In this document: piece by piece, positions 55,091-63,086 of the stretch
Layout: the number at the start of each line of letters is the position of its first letter
Position numbering within the stretch: the stretch's first letter is position 1
Source: an uncultured Dehalococcoidales bacterium
GTDB taxonomy: Bacteria; Chloroflexota; Dehalococcoidia; Dehalococcoidales; BS750m-G39
Reading direction: 5' to 3'
NCBI GenBank assembly: GCA_964408935.1
Contig: CAYPBF010000002.1
Location: 20,316-84,315 of the forward strand
DNA: 64,000 nt
The notes under the pieces: model-generated
Told to the model about the DNA's origin: nothing
Seen by the model: only the letters and a program-made list of their open reading frames with translations
Database searches by the model: none
Made by a program: the position numbers and the translations under genes

Positions 55091-56797
55091 TTATCGCAAT
55101 ACCTCTTTAAGCTCTTGGTAAATCTGGGGGAAGGTAAAATGCTTCAGCCTGGCGGCTCCGGAGGGACAGGCGGCGGCACAGTTACCGCAGCCGTGGCACA
55201 AGACCTCGTTCACCACCGAGACCATCCTGTCTTCGTCGAAGCTAATAGCACCGTAGGGGCAAACATCGAGGCAGGTCTTACAACCGGTACAGAAATTCTC
55301 CGATATCTCGGATACCCTGACCTCTAGCTCCAGCTTCTTCCCCGGAACCAGCGCCGAGAGTATTTTACCCGCCGCCGCCTCCGATTGGACTATGGACTCG
55401 GCGATACTCTGAGGCCCCCGGGCGCAGCCGATAACGAATACCCCCTCGACGGCGGAGGCTATCGGGCCAAGTAACTGGTGCTCTTCGACTAAAAAGCCTC
55501 TATCGTCATGGGGGATTTTTAGCATTTCGGCGAACTTATTGGCATCGCCGGCGGGCTCCATCGCCGGCAGGAGGATAACCATGTCCGCCGCCAGCTCGCC
55601 TTTCTTACCGGTCTCCGTTTCGTATTTGATGGTGGGGCCCTTGCCGTTGCCGCTGACCTCGGTTTTGGCCGCGCGGATATAGTCGGCGCCCAAGCCCCTG
55701 GTATCTTCGTAAAACTTCTGGAAAGACTTGCCCGGAATAACCAGGTCGGAGTAGAAATGGGTCACCTTGACCTGGGGCAGTTGTGATTTAAGCATGCGGT
55801 CGAATTTGAAGGAGTAGGCGCAGCATACCTTGGAGCAGTAGCCCTTCTCCTCCCTGCCGGCGCAATGAATGATAGCCACCGACTGGGGAGGCTTACCGTT
55901 TTTAAGCAGGATTTTGCCGCCGGTAGGCCCTTCGGGGATATTCATCACCTCGAACTCTAAACCAGTATAAACATCGTCTATCTTCCCGTAACCATACCGG
56001 GGCAGACCGCTGAGGTCAAAAAGCTCGAAGCCGGTAGCCAGTATCACCGCCCCGACATTGAAGTCGAGCTCTTTGTCTTCAGCGTCCTCAGCTTTCTTTA
56101 CCACCTTTACCTCAAAATTACCCAGGAAGCCCAGAATCTGCTCCACCTCGCTCTCGGTAAGCACCTGGATATGCTTATTGTCGAGGAGGCCCTTTATCTC
56201 CTTGGTTATCAGGCCTGGGCCGGATTCCATGTTGACGAAGAGCTGGCTCAAGCCCTTCACCTTACCGCCCAGCGAAGAGCTTTTCTCCACCAGATAGACT
56301 TTTCTATCCGGTGACGCCAGCACCTGGCTGGCTTTGATGCCGGCAATGCCGCCGCCGATTACCAGCACGTCGGGATTGCACTCAATCTCCTTGTTCTCTA
56401 GGGGGTTGTGATAGCCCACCCGGCTGATGGCGGCTCTTATTTGTCTTATCGCTTTATCGGTAGCTTCGGCTCCGTCCGGCGTGACCCAGGCGCACTGTTC
56501 GCGTATATTGGCCAGCTGGAATAGCTGCGGATTGAGGCCCGCTTTTTGGCAGACATTCATGAAGGTAATCTCGTGCTGCTTTGGCGAGCAGGCCGCCACC
56601 ACCAGGTGCGTCAGGCCGTGCTCTTCGATAGCCTGCTCGAGGAATTTCTGCCCGTCGCCAGAGCATAAGAGTTTATACTTCTCGGCAACAACTACATCTT
56701 TGAGGGGGTTAACGGCCTCAATTACCTGGTCAACATCTACCTTTTCGGCGATGTTGGTGCCGCATTCGCAAACGTATACGCCTATTCTCTTGGCCAC
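55091..56797 (-). CDS. hdrA: HdrA-like flavoprotein (N-terminal domain + FAD domain + C-terminal ferredoxin, no inserted ferredoxin)
   Basis: VYVCECGTNI, VAACSPK, ANIREQC, IGGGIAG, GPTGG, YCSKVCC, CTGCKTCLDVCP/CHGCGNCAAACP. Confidence 0.9.
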   Translation of the reverse strand: MAKRIGVYVCECGTNIAEKVDVDQVIEAVNPLKDVVVAEKYKLLCSGDGQKFLEQAIEEHGLTHLVVAACSPKQHEITFMNVCQKAGLNPQLFQLANIREQCAWVTPDGAEATDKAIRQIRAAISRVGYHNPLENKEIECNPDVLVIGGGIAGIKASQVLASPDRKVYLVEKSSSLGGKVKGLSQLFVNMESGPGLITKEIKGLLDNKHIQVLTESEVEQILGFLGNFEVKVVKKAEDAEDKELDFNVGAVILATGFELFDLSGLPRYGYGKIDDVYTGLEFEVMNIPEGPTGGKILLKNGKPPQSVAIIHCAGREEKGYCSKVCCAYSFKFDRMLKSQLPQVKVTHFYSDLVIPGKSFQKFYEDTRGLGADYIRAAKTEVSGNGKGPTIKYETETGKKGELAADMVILLPAMEPAGDANKFAEMLKIPHDDRGFLVEEHQLLGPIASAVEGVFVIGCARGPQSIAESIVQSEAAAGKILSALVPGKKLELEVRVSEISENFCTGCKTCLDVCPYGAISFDEDRMVSVVNEVLCHGCGNCAAACPSGAARLKHFTFPQIYQELKEVLR

Positions 56798-56807
56798 TTT
56801 GCAACCT

Positions 56808-58091
56808 CTATTTCGATGATGAAAGTATTCTTCCCGCCGTCGCTTCCGCTTCGGCTACCGTCTCGGCAATATCCTTGGGCCCCTGGGCGCAGCCGGCGAT
56901 AAATATGCCGTCCTGGACAGTGGTTATGGAACTAAGGTCTGGTTCCTTCTCGCTAAAGAACCCGTCCTTATCCTGCTGGATGTTCAGAATCCCAGCCAGC
57001 TTGGCTGAATCGTGCCCCGGTTCCAGGGCCGGGTTGAGAATAACCATTTCCACGGTAAGGCTTTTCTCCTGGCCGTCTTCGGTTTTATGTTTAATAGCCA
57101 GTTCCTTCCCCGACTGGGAAACACCGGTTACCGTAGCCCGAACGAAGTCAACCCCGCTCTCTTTTACCTCTTGATAGAAATGCTGATAGTCTTTACCGGG
57201 AATACAGAGGTCGGAGTAGAAGTGGGTTATCTTCACCCCGGGCAGTTTTGCCTTAATGAAGTGGGAAAGCTTTAGAGAGGCCATGCAGCATACTGAAGAG
57301 CAATAGCCCTTCTGGTCACGCCCCACGCAGTGGATAATGGCCGCCGACTTGGGCGGCTGGCCGTTCTTTAGAGTAATCTGTCCCTGAGTGGGCCCGTTGG
57401 AGGCGCATATCCTCTCCACCTCCATGGCGGAGTAGACATCGCTGAGCTTCTTATACCCATATTGGGTGGTCTGACCAACGTCGAACGATGCGAAACCGGT
57501 GGCGACGACGATGGCGCCTACCTTGAGCTCCAGATCCTCGTCCTTCTGGGTGTAGTCGATGGCCTCAAACATACAGGCTTCCTGGCAGGCCTTGCACTCC
57601 TTCTTCCCCTTGAAGCGCAGGCAGTTCTCGGTGTCGATAACGGGGACATTAGGCAGCGCCCCGGCGCAGGGAATATATATCGCCTTACGCTTAGCCAGCC
57701 CTTCCTCGAATTCGTTATCCACCTCCACCGGGCAGGGGTCAAAACAGGCGTTGCAGCCGATGCAATTGCCCAGGTCAACGTAGCTCGCCTTTTTCCTGAC
57801 TTTCACCGAAAAATCGCCCGCCGAGCCGCTGACGGATTCGACCTGGCTTAGTCTGAGCAGCTCGATATTTTCGTCGGCTAAAAGCTCCTGCTGTTTGGGG
57901 GCTATCATACAGGTGGCGCAGTCCATGTTGGGGAATACTTCTTCAAATTTTATGACATTACCGCCGATGTACGAGCTCTTTTCGACGAGGTATACCTTTC
58001 TACCCGAGTTGGCCAGGAGTAGGCTGGTCTCAATACCAGCAACACCGCCCCCGATAACCACTACCGGGGTATTCTGTCTTTTATCAGTCAT
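56808..58091 (-). CDS. hdrA: HdrA-like flavoprotein (FAD domain + inserted ferredoxin; lacks N-terminal and C-terminal domains)
   Basis: IGGGVAG, FPNMDCATC, CIGCNACFDPCP, CKACQEAC, GPTQG, YCSSVCC, GPKDI. Confidence 0.88.
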   Translation of the reverse strand: MTDKRQNTPVVVIGGGVAGIETSLLLANSGRKVYLVEKSSYIGGNVIKFEEVFPNMDCATCMIAPKQQELLADENIELLRLSQVESVSGSAGDFSVKVRKKASYVDLGNCIGCNACFDPCPVEVDNEFEEGLAKRKAIYIPCAGALPNVPVIDTENCLRFKGKKECKACQEACMFEAIDYTQKDEDLELKVGAIVVATGFASFDVGQTTQYGYKKLSDVYSAMEVERICASNGPTQGQITLKNGQPPKSAAIIHCVGRDQKGYCSSVCCMASLKLSHFIKAKLPGVKITHFYSDLCIPGKDYQHFYQEVKESGVDFVRATVTGVSQSGKELAIKHKTEDGQEKSLTVEMVILNPALEPGHDSAKLAGILNIQQDKDGFFSEKEPDLSSITTVQDGIFIAGCAQGPKDIAETVAEAEATAGRILSSSK

Positions 58092-58104
58092 TTCTTTCCA
58101 CCAT

Positions 58105-58530
58105 CTATAGCGAAGTCTTTGTCTTCATGGGGTTGGGCCCCATTCCCGTAATCTGCTGAGCAAATTCGGTGGCTACGTCTTTGAATCTCTGTCCTTCCGA
58201 CGCCGACACCCAGGCAAGCATGAGCCGGTCCGAGTCCAGCCCCAGGGTTTCAAAGGTGTTCTTGAGAAGAGCAAACCGGCGGCGGGCATAGTAGTTCCCC
58301 TCCCGGTAGTGGCAGTCACCGGGGTGGCAGCCGGCAACGAGCACGCCGTCAGCGCCATGCAGTAGCGCCGTGGCCACCAGAACCGGGTCGACCCGGCCGG
58401 AGCACATCACCCTAATTACGGAAAGGGATGATGGCACTTCCAGCTTGGTTGCCCCGGCCAGGTCGGCGCCGGCATAGGAACACCAGTTACAAAGGAAGCC
58501 GACTATTTTGGGGGTGAAACCTGCTTCCAT
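58105..58530 (-). CDS. mvhD: MvhD/FlxD-like [2Fe-2S] subunit (copy 2)
   Basis: FLCNWCSYAGAD, RVMCSGRVD, GCHPGDCHY. Confidence 0.93.
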   Translation of the reverse strand: MEAGFTPKIVGFLCNWCSYAGADLAGATKLEVPSSLSVIRVMCSGRVDPVLVATALLHGADGVLVAGCHPGDCHYREGNYYARRRFALLKNTFETLGLDSDRLMLAWVSASEGQRFKDVATEFAQQITGMGPNPMKTKTSL

Positions 58531-58542
58531 AAAACCTCCGGG

Positions 58543-58767
58543 CTAAAACTGGATTTGCGCCTTGTGTTTGCCCCCGCCTTCGTCGACGCAAAAGAGTAGC
58601 GTCTTATTCATCTTGCCGCACCAAGCCTCAACGTCTTTGGGGAAAGACTCGCAGTCAGCTATAACCTCTACGGTGTCTCCCGCCGGGATGCTTTTTGCCA
58701 TGGCGGCTAATTTAAGCACCGGCTGCGGGCATTTAAGCCCTAAAACATCCAATGTATGTAGTGCCAT
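58543..58767 (-). CDS. tusA: Sulfur carrier TusA/SirA family
   Basis: LDVLGLKCPQP (CPxP), VEAWC. Confidence 0.92.
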   Translation of the reverse strand: MALHTLDVLGLKCPQPVLKLAAMAKSIPAGDTVEVIADCESFPKDVEAWCGKMNKTLLFCVDEGGGKHKAQIQF

Positions 58768-58807
58768 AATTGCCTCCTTAAATCACCCTGATTTAGTTTT
58801 AGCTATT

Positions 58808-59161
58808 TTAGAAAGAGAAGGTTATGTTAGCGTCCGAAATCGAGGCTATAAACGTAGTGGCGCCGATAATTTCCACGCCTTCTCTAAAATCCCCGGGTTT
58901 AAGGTCCTTGTTCTCCAGCGCCAGCTCACAGACGTAAATCTTGCCGCCCAGTGAGAGTATGCCGTCGTAAAGCTCTACGATGTTGGGTAGACCCTTGCCC
59001 GAGATTTTCTCCAACTCGCCCTTGACCATGGTCGGTGCACCACCGGGGCAACAGAATATGGTGACATCGTCCCCGCTTGCCGCCGCGCTGGAACCCAAAA
59101 TCATGGGCGGGTAAATGTTGGGGGGTGCCGAACCGTTAACCGTGATTGCTACTTTAGCCAT
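58808..59161 (-). CDS. DsrE/DsrF-like sulfur relay protein
   Basis: YPPMILGSSAAASGDDVTIF, GKIYVCELAL, EGVEIIGATTF. Confidence 0.85.
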   Translation of the reverse strand: MAKVAITVNGSAPPNIYPPMILGSSAAASGDDVTIFCCPGGAPTMVKGELEKISGKGLPNIVELYDGILSLGGKIYVCELALENKDLKPGDFREGVEIIGATTFIASISDANITFSF

Positions 59162-59218
59162 GTGAACCCTCCTTATTTAAAAATCTTTTTTATGTTCAGG
59201 CTAGATGCCAAAAACATC

Positions 59219-59677
59219 TCAGCTAACCGCCGCTTCCTGCTTCCTACCGCTATCTCGAGACACTTTTCTTACAATTGGATTGGGGCCAAGCTCCTTTATG
59301 GTTTGGGTAAAACTTTTCACCGTTTCGGCTATTTTGGGACCTTCGGAGGCGGCTATCCACTCTAATCTGAGCCTGTCCTTGCCGATACCCATGACTTCCA
59401 AGAAAGGAAAAAGTCCCGTCATCTTGCGGCGGGCATTGAGGTTTCCTTTCTGGTAATGGCAGTCTCCGGGGTGGCATCCGCAAACCAGAACGCCGTCGGC
59501 GCCGGCAATAAAAGCCTTGAGAATCATTCGCTCGTCGACCCGACCGGAGCACATTACCCTTATCACTTTAACGTTGGGGGGATACTTCAGGCGCGCGGTA
59601 CCAGCTAGGTCAGCGCCAGCGTAGGAACACCAGTTGCAGAGGAAACCGACTATTTTTGGCTCGAAATCGCCCGTCAT
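59219..59677 (-). CDS. mvhD: MvhD/FlxD-like [2Fe-2S] subunit (copy 1)
   Basis: FLCNWCSYAGAD, RVMCSGRVD, GCHPGDCHY. Confidence 0.93.
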   Translation of the reverse strand: MTGDFEPKIVGFLCNWCSYAGADLAGTARLKYPPNVKVIRVMCSGRVDERMILKAFIAGADGVLVCGCHPGDCHYQKGNLNARRKMTGLFPFLEVMGIGKDRLRLEWIAASEGPKIAETVKSFTQTIKELGPNPIVRKVSRDSGRKQEAAVS

Positions 59678-59755
59678 CACACTTCTTGGGCGCAGCACTA
59701 TAGCTCGGCCTTATTATGTGGTAAAATTAAAGAGCTAAAGAGCTCTACCCAAAGT

Positions 59756-59785
59756 ATAATACCCTACGGGGGTATAGCATGTCAA
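59756..59785 (-). promoter_or_regulatory. Leftward promoter of the mvhD-dsrE-tusA-hdrA operon
   Basis: Minus strand TTGACA-N18-TATTAT. Confidence 0.6.
59759..59775. promoter_or_regulatory. CsoR/CstR-family operator
   Basis: ATACCC-TACGG-GGGTAT palindrome: AT-rich arms flanking C/G tracts, the type bound by CsoR-family repressors; next to the csoR-like gene. Confidence 0.8.
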
Positions 59786-59817
59786 TACTTACATTAAGGG
59801 GCTAAGTGAGAGGTGAA

Positions 59818-60099
59818 ATGGTAGAAGAACCGGTATCTAAAGAAACATTATTACAGCGTCTAAAGAGGGCGGAGGGCCAGATTCGCGGTATCGAAAAGAT
59901 GATTGAAGCCGGCCGCCAGTGTGAAGACGTGGTTACCCAGCTGGCGGCGGTGCGCTCCGCCATCGAGGGTACTGCTGCCCTTCTCCTGAAAAACTACATG
60001 AGAATCTGTTTCCAAGGTGAGACGCCGACAGAGTGCGTTGACGTGGAATCCCTGGCCCGGGCCATCGCTATCTGGGGCAGGGTTCATGTTGGGGACTAG
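59818..60099 (+). CDS. CsoR/RcnR/CstR-family repressor (His ligand replaced by Tyr)
   Basis: RLKRAEGQIRGIEKMI, RQCEDVVTQLAAVRSA, LKNYMRIC; AGAGGT RBS. Confidence 0.9.
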   Translation: MVEEPVSKETLLQRLKRAEGQIRGIEKMIEAGRQCEDVVTQLAAVRSAIEGTAALLLKNYMRICFQGETPTECVDVESLARAIAIWGRVHVGD

Positions 60100-60392
60100 T
60101 CAGTAACCTTATTCTCACGATTATTTGATGAGGATAGGCTAGCTTAGGTACTAGTAAACAAACCGCTAGACTGTTCAATGAAGTATTACCCCACTTGTTA
60201 CTTATGCTGGATACCCGCATAAGCGTAGGCAAGGTCTACCCAAGAGCCATAGCCGAAGTCACCAACCTCGAGGCTCAGAACTTGGTAGCCCCATATTAAA
60301 CAGACGCCACAGTTTACGAACAGCCCATCATGTACATAATCCTGGAACTCCGTCCAGTACTGTTACTCGGGCCTAATCTATCTTCAAGCCAG

Positions 60393-60421
60393 TTGACAAC
60401 GGAGAAGTAATATACTAGAAT
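60393..60421 (+). promoter_or_regulatory. Promoter of the DUF134 cluster followed by palindrome TTATGAACATAA (60424-60435)
   Basis: TTGACA-N17-TAGAAT. Confidence 0.55.
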
Positions 60422-60501
60422 AATTATGAACATAAGACCAAAATAACCTATAATCATCACTATTTAATGGGCTTATGACTAAAATATAGGGATAAAGGCT
60501 T

Positions 60502-60945
60502 ATGGGTAGACAGCCTATGTGGCGGCGGGTGGACTCTATCCCCCGGGTGACTTATTTCAAACCGGCGGGCGTTCCCCTGGCCAACCTTGAGGAAGCACGC
60601 CTCTCCGTCGAAGAAGCCGAGGCGATTCGGCTCAAGGACATTGAGGGGCTGGGGCAGGACGGGTGCGCCCAAAAGATGAAGGTGTCGCGTAGCACCTTCG
60701 CCCGCATACTGCTATCGGCGCGGCAGAAGATGGCCGACGCCCTGCTCAACGGCAAGGCGATAAGAATCGAGGGGGGCAACTACGAGATGTCGTTACGCCG
60801 CTTCCGCTGCCGTAACGGCCATGAATGGGAGGTCCCCTTCGAAAAGATGATAAAGGAGCCGCCGGAGCTTTGCCCCACCTGCAGCACGGCCGAAATCATG
60901 GCGCTTTGGCCGATGGGATACGGGCGGGGCCGACGCGAATGGTAA
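60502..60945 (+). CDS. DUF134 HTH protein with C-terminal Zn-ribbon
   Basis: GRQPMWRRV, FKPAG, EAEAIRLKD, MKVSRSTFARIL, ADALLNGKAIRIEGG; CRNGHEW...CPTC. Confidence 0.9.
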   Translation: MGRQPMWRRVDSIPRVTYFKPAGVPLANLEEARLSVEEAEAIRLKDIEGLGQDGCAQKMKVSRSTFARILLSARQKMADALLNGKAIRIEGGNYEMSLRRFRCRNGHEWEVPFEKMIKEPPELCPTCSTAEIMALWPMGYGRGRREW

Positions 60946-60967
60946 GAAACCATTAACTAGCCGAACG

Positions 60968-61702
60968 ATGAAAGTCCTCGATGATTTAATCTCAACACTG
61001 CACATGGACGCCGAGGTAAAGGACATCCGAATGGGCCTCTTTCACACCGCTGTCCTGACGCGTAACTGCGGGCTGGCGGCGACGCTACCCCGCGACGCCC
61101 TCCAACAGGAGTCGCCATCAATTGGGGAATCAGGGCGCCTCCTCGAGAAAAGCGCCCCGGAACTGGTGAGGATGTCTTACGCAGATGAAATACTAGAAGC
61201 CGCTATTGGCATGGCCGCCATCAACTCGCTGCTCGAGATTAACAACGAAGAATGTCAGGAGCTTAACGCCAGCCAGCTTATTGCCGAAAAGGGCAAAGGG
61301 AAAAAAGTGGCTGTTATCGGCCATTTCCCCTTCACCCCCCACCTGCGGGAGGTGGTGGATAAACTCTGGATAATCGAGAAGAACCCGCGTGCTGGTGACT
61401 TACCCGAGGCCGAGGCGGAGAATCTTATCCCCCAAGCTGACGTCGTCGGCATCACCGGCACGGCTTTCACCAACCACACTATCGAGAGGCTGCTTAAATT
61501 ATGCCCTTCCAAAGCCTACGTGATCATCATCGGCGATACCGCCCCCCTCTCCCCGGCGCTCTTCGACCACGGCATTAACGCTATATCGGGAACTAAGGTT
61601 AACGACCCCCAGCTGGCGATGAACTGCGTCAGCCAAGGGGCGACCTATCCCCAGATTAAAGGAATCCGCCAGCTAACGATGATGAATGGCGGAAGGAGGT
61701 AA
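60968..61702 (+). CDS. DUF364 (Rossmann-like) family protein
   Basis: AAIGMAAINSLL, KVAVIGHFP, GITGTAFTNHT, GDTAPLSP. Confidence 0.85.
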   Translation: MKVLDDLISTLHMDAEVKDIRMGLFHTAVLTRNCGLAATLPRDALQQESPSIGESGRLLEKSAPELVRMSYADEILEAAIGMAAINSLLEINNEECQELNASQLIAEKGKGKKVAVIGHFPFTPHLREVVDKLWIIEKNPRAGDLPEAEAENLIPQADVVGITGTAFTNHTIERLLKLCPSKAYVIIIGDTAPLSPALFDHGINAISGTKVNDPQLAMNCVSQGATYPQIKGIRQLTMMNGGRR

Positions 61703-61705
61703 ATT

Positions 61706-62008
61706 ATGTATTACGGAATGGGACGAGGCCGAGGCGCCGGAAAAGGTGGAAGCGGAGGCATGGGCTTCGGTTTTCGGGGTGCATCACCTCCCTGGCCCTA
61801 CGTAGGTAGAGGTAGAGGCGGACTGCCGCGCTGCGGCTATTACCTGAGCGGCCCCGGTGCGGCCCCAACCACCCCCTTTACACCCCCGACCGGGGAAGCC
61901 GAGCTCGACTCACTGAAGAGCCAGGCGGAGGCACTCAAGGGGCAGCTGGAGCAGATTGAAGCCAGGATGCGCCAGCTTGAGGATGAGAAAAAGGGAGGCA
62001 GTTTATGA
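61706..62008 (+). CDS. DUF5320-like Gly/Arg-rich protein with C-terminal coiled coil
   Basis: GFRGASPPWPYVGRGRGGLPRCGY; ELDSLKSQAEALKGQLEQIEARM. Confidence 0.75.
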   Translation: MYYGMGRGRGAGKGGSGGMGFGFRGASPPWPYVGRGRGGLPRCGYYLSGPGAAPTTPFTPPTGEAELDSLKSQAEALKGQLEQIEARMRQLEDEKKGGSL

Positions 62009-62625
62009 AAATCGCGGTATCAGCTAATGGTCCCAGCCTCGATGCCGAGGTTGACCCACGCTTCGGGCGCTGCGCCTATTTTATCATCGCCGACCCCGAG
62101 ACTATGGAGTTTGAGGCGGTCGATAACGCCAGCGCCATGGCCGCCGGCGGGGCGGGCATATCCGCCGCCCAGATGGTCGTCCAGAAAGGCGTAAAGGCTG
62201 TTATCACCGGTAACCTTGGGCCCAACGCCCACCAGGTCCTGTCCGCCGCCGGCATCGAGATGATAACCGGCGCTTCAGGGAAAGTAAAAGACGCCATCGA
62301 AGGCTACCGCGCCGGTAAGCTCAAAGCCAGTTCCCAGCCCAACGTCCCCGACCACTACGGCATGGGCGGTGGTGGTGGTGGTGGTATGGCCGGCGGCATG
62401 GGACGGGGCATGGGTGGCGGCATGGGACGCGGTATGGGCGGCGGCATGGGTAAAAGGTGCGGGCGAGGTGGCGGCATGGGCTTCGGCATGAACCCGCCTA
62501 TGGCTTCTTCATCCCAGAGCCCCGCTTCGGAAATCGATGGGCTTAAGGCCCAGTCGCAGGACTTAGCCCAGCAACTCAACGACATCCAGCGACGTATCGA
62601 GGAGCTGGAAAAGGAAGGGAACTAA
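62005..62625 (+). CDS. NifB/NifX (IssA-like) domain protein with Gly/Met-rich tail and coiled coil
   Basis: MKIAVS, DPRFGRCAYF, GAGISAAQ, GNLGPNA; tail (GGMGRGMG)n. Confidence 0.9.
   Translation: MKIAVSANGPSLDAEVDPRFGRCAYFIIADPETMEFEAVDNASAMAAGGAGISAAQMVVQKGVKAVITGNLGPNAHQVLSAAGIEMITGASGKVKDAIEGYRAGKLKASSQPNVPDHYGMGGGGGGGMAGGMGRGMGGGMGRGMGGGMGKRCGRGGGMGFGMNPPMASSSQSPASEIDGLKAQSQDLAQQLNDIQRRIEELEKEGN
62392..62451 (+). repeat. 24-nt tandem coding repeat (GGMGRGMG) x2.5
   Basis: GGCGGCATGGGACGGGGCATGGGT / GGCGGCATGGGACGCGGTATGGGC / GGCGGCATGGGT. Confidence 0.8.
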
Positions 62626-62634
62626 AGAGGAATT

Positions 62635-62808
62635 ATGCCTGTCTGGAAGTATACTAAGGAGCATAAGGAAGTAACTGTAGATGAGATAGATAAGGTTCTG
62701 AAAAGCCTGGTCTGTTTCAAATGCGGTAAGGAGCTTCATTCCGATGAATGCCCCTTTGCTAGGTTGAGGGTGGAGCTAATCGCCCTAAAAGAATCAAAGA
62801 AGGGGTAA
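62635..62808 (+). CDS. 57-aa protein with CxxC-H-C motif (not in ORF track)
   Basis: MPVWKYTKEH...LVCFKCGKELHSDECPFARL...; AGAGG RBS. Confidence 0.55.
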   Translation: MPVWKYTKEHKEVTVDEIDKVLKSLVCFKCGKELHSDECPFARLRVELIALKESKKG

Positions 62809-62858
62809 AAGCGATACTAATCTATGTAATCTAAGCGACCCTTTTTGGAGGTGAATTT

Positions 62859-63086
62859 ATGCCTAGAGGAGACGGAACGGGCCCTCCCTGGGGGAGCGGA
62901 CCGGGAACAGGCAGAGGCGGGGGAAGAGGCGGCGGCAGGGGGCGGATGGGGGGCAATCGCCCCGGCGCCGGCCCCAGCGGTGAATGCGTCTGCCCCGCCT
63001 GCGGAACAAAGGTAGCCCACCAGAGAGGCACCCCCTGCTACGATATTAAATGCCCCAAGTGCGGGGCCAAGATGACCAGAGCCTGA
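62859..63086 (+). CDS. DUF5320-like protein with Cys4 Zn-ribbon
   Basis: MPRGDGTGP, GRGG repeats, CVCPACG...CPKCG; GGAGGT RBS. Confidence 0.85.
   Translation: MPRGDGTGPPWGSGPGTGRGGGRGGGRGRMGGNRPGAGPSGECVCPACGTKVAHQRGTPCYDIKCPKCGAKMTRA

Noticed and set aside
58105-59677. Selenocysteine in MvhD or HdrA
   Set aside because: Both MvhD copies read GCHPGDCHY with Cys codons and the HdrA frames are uninterrupted; no in-frame TGA needs recoding
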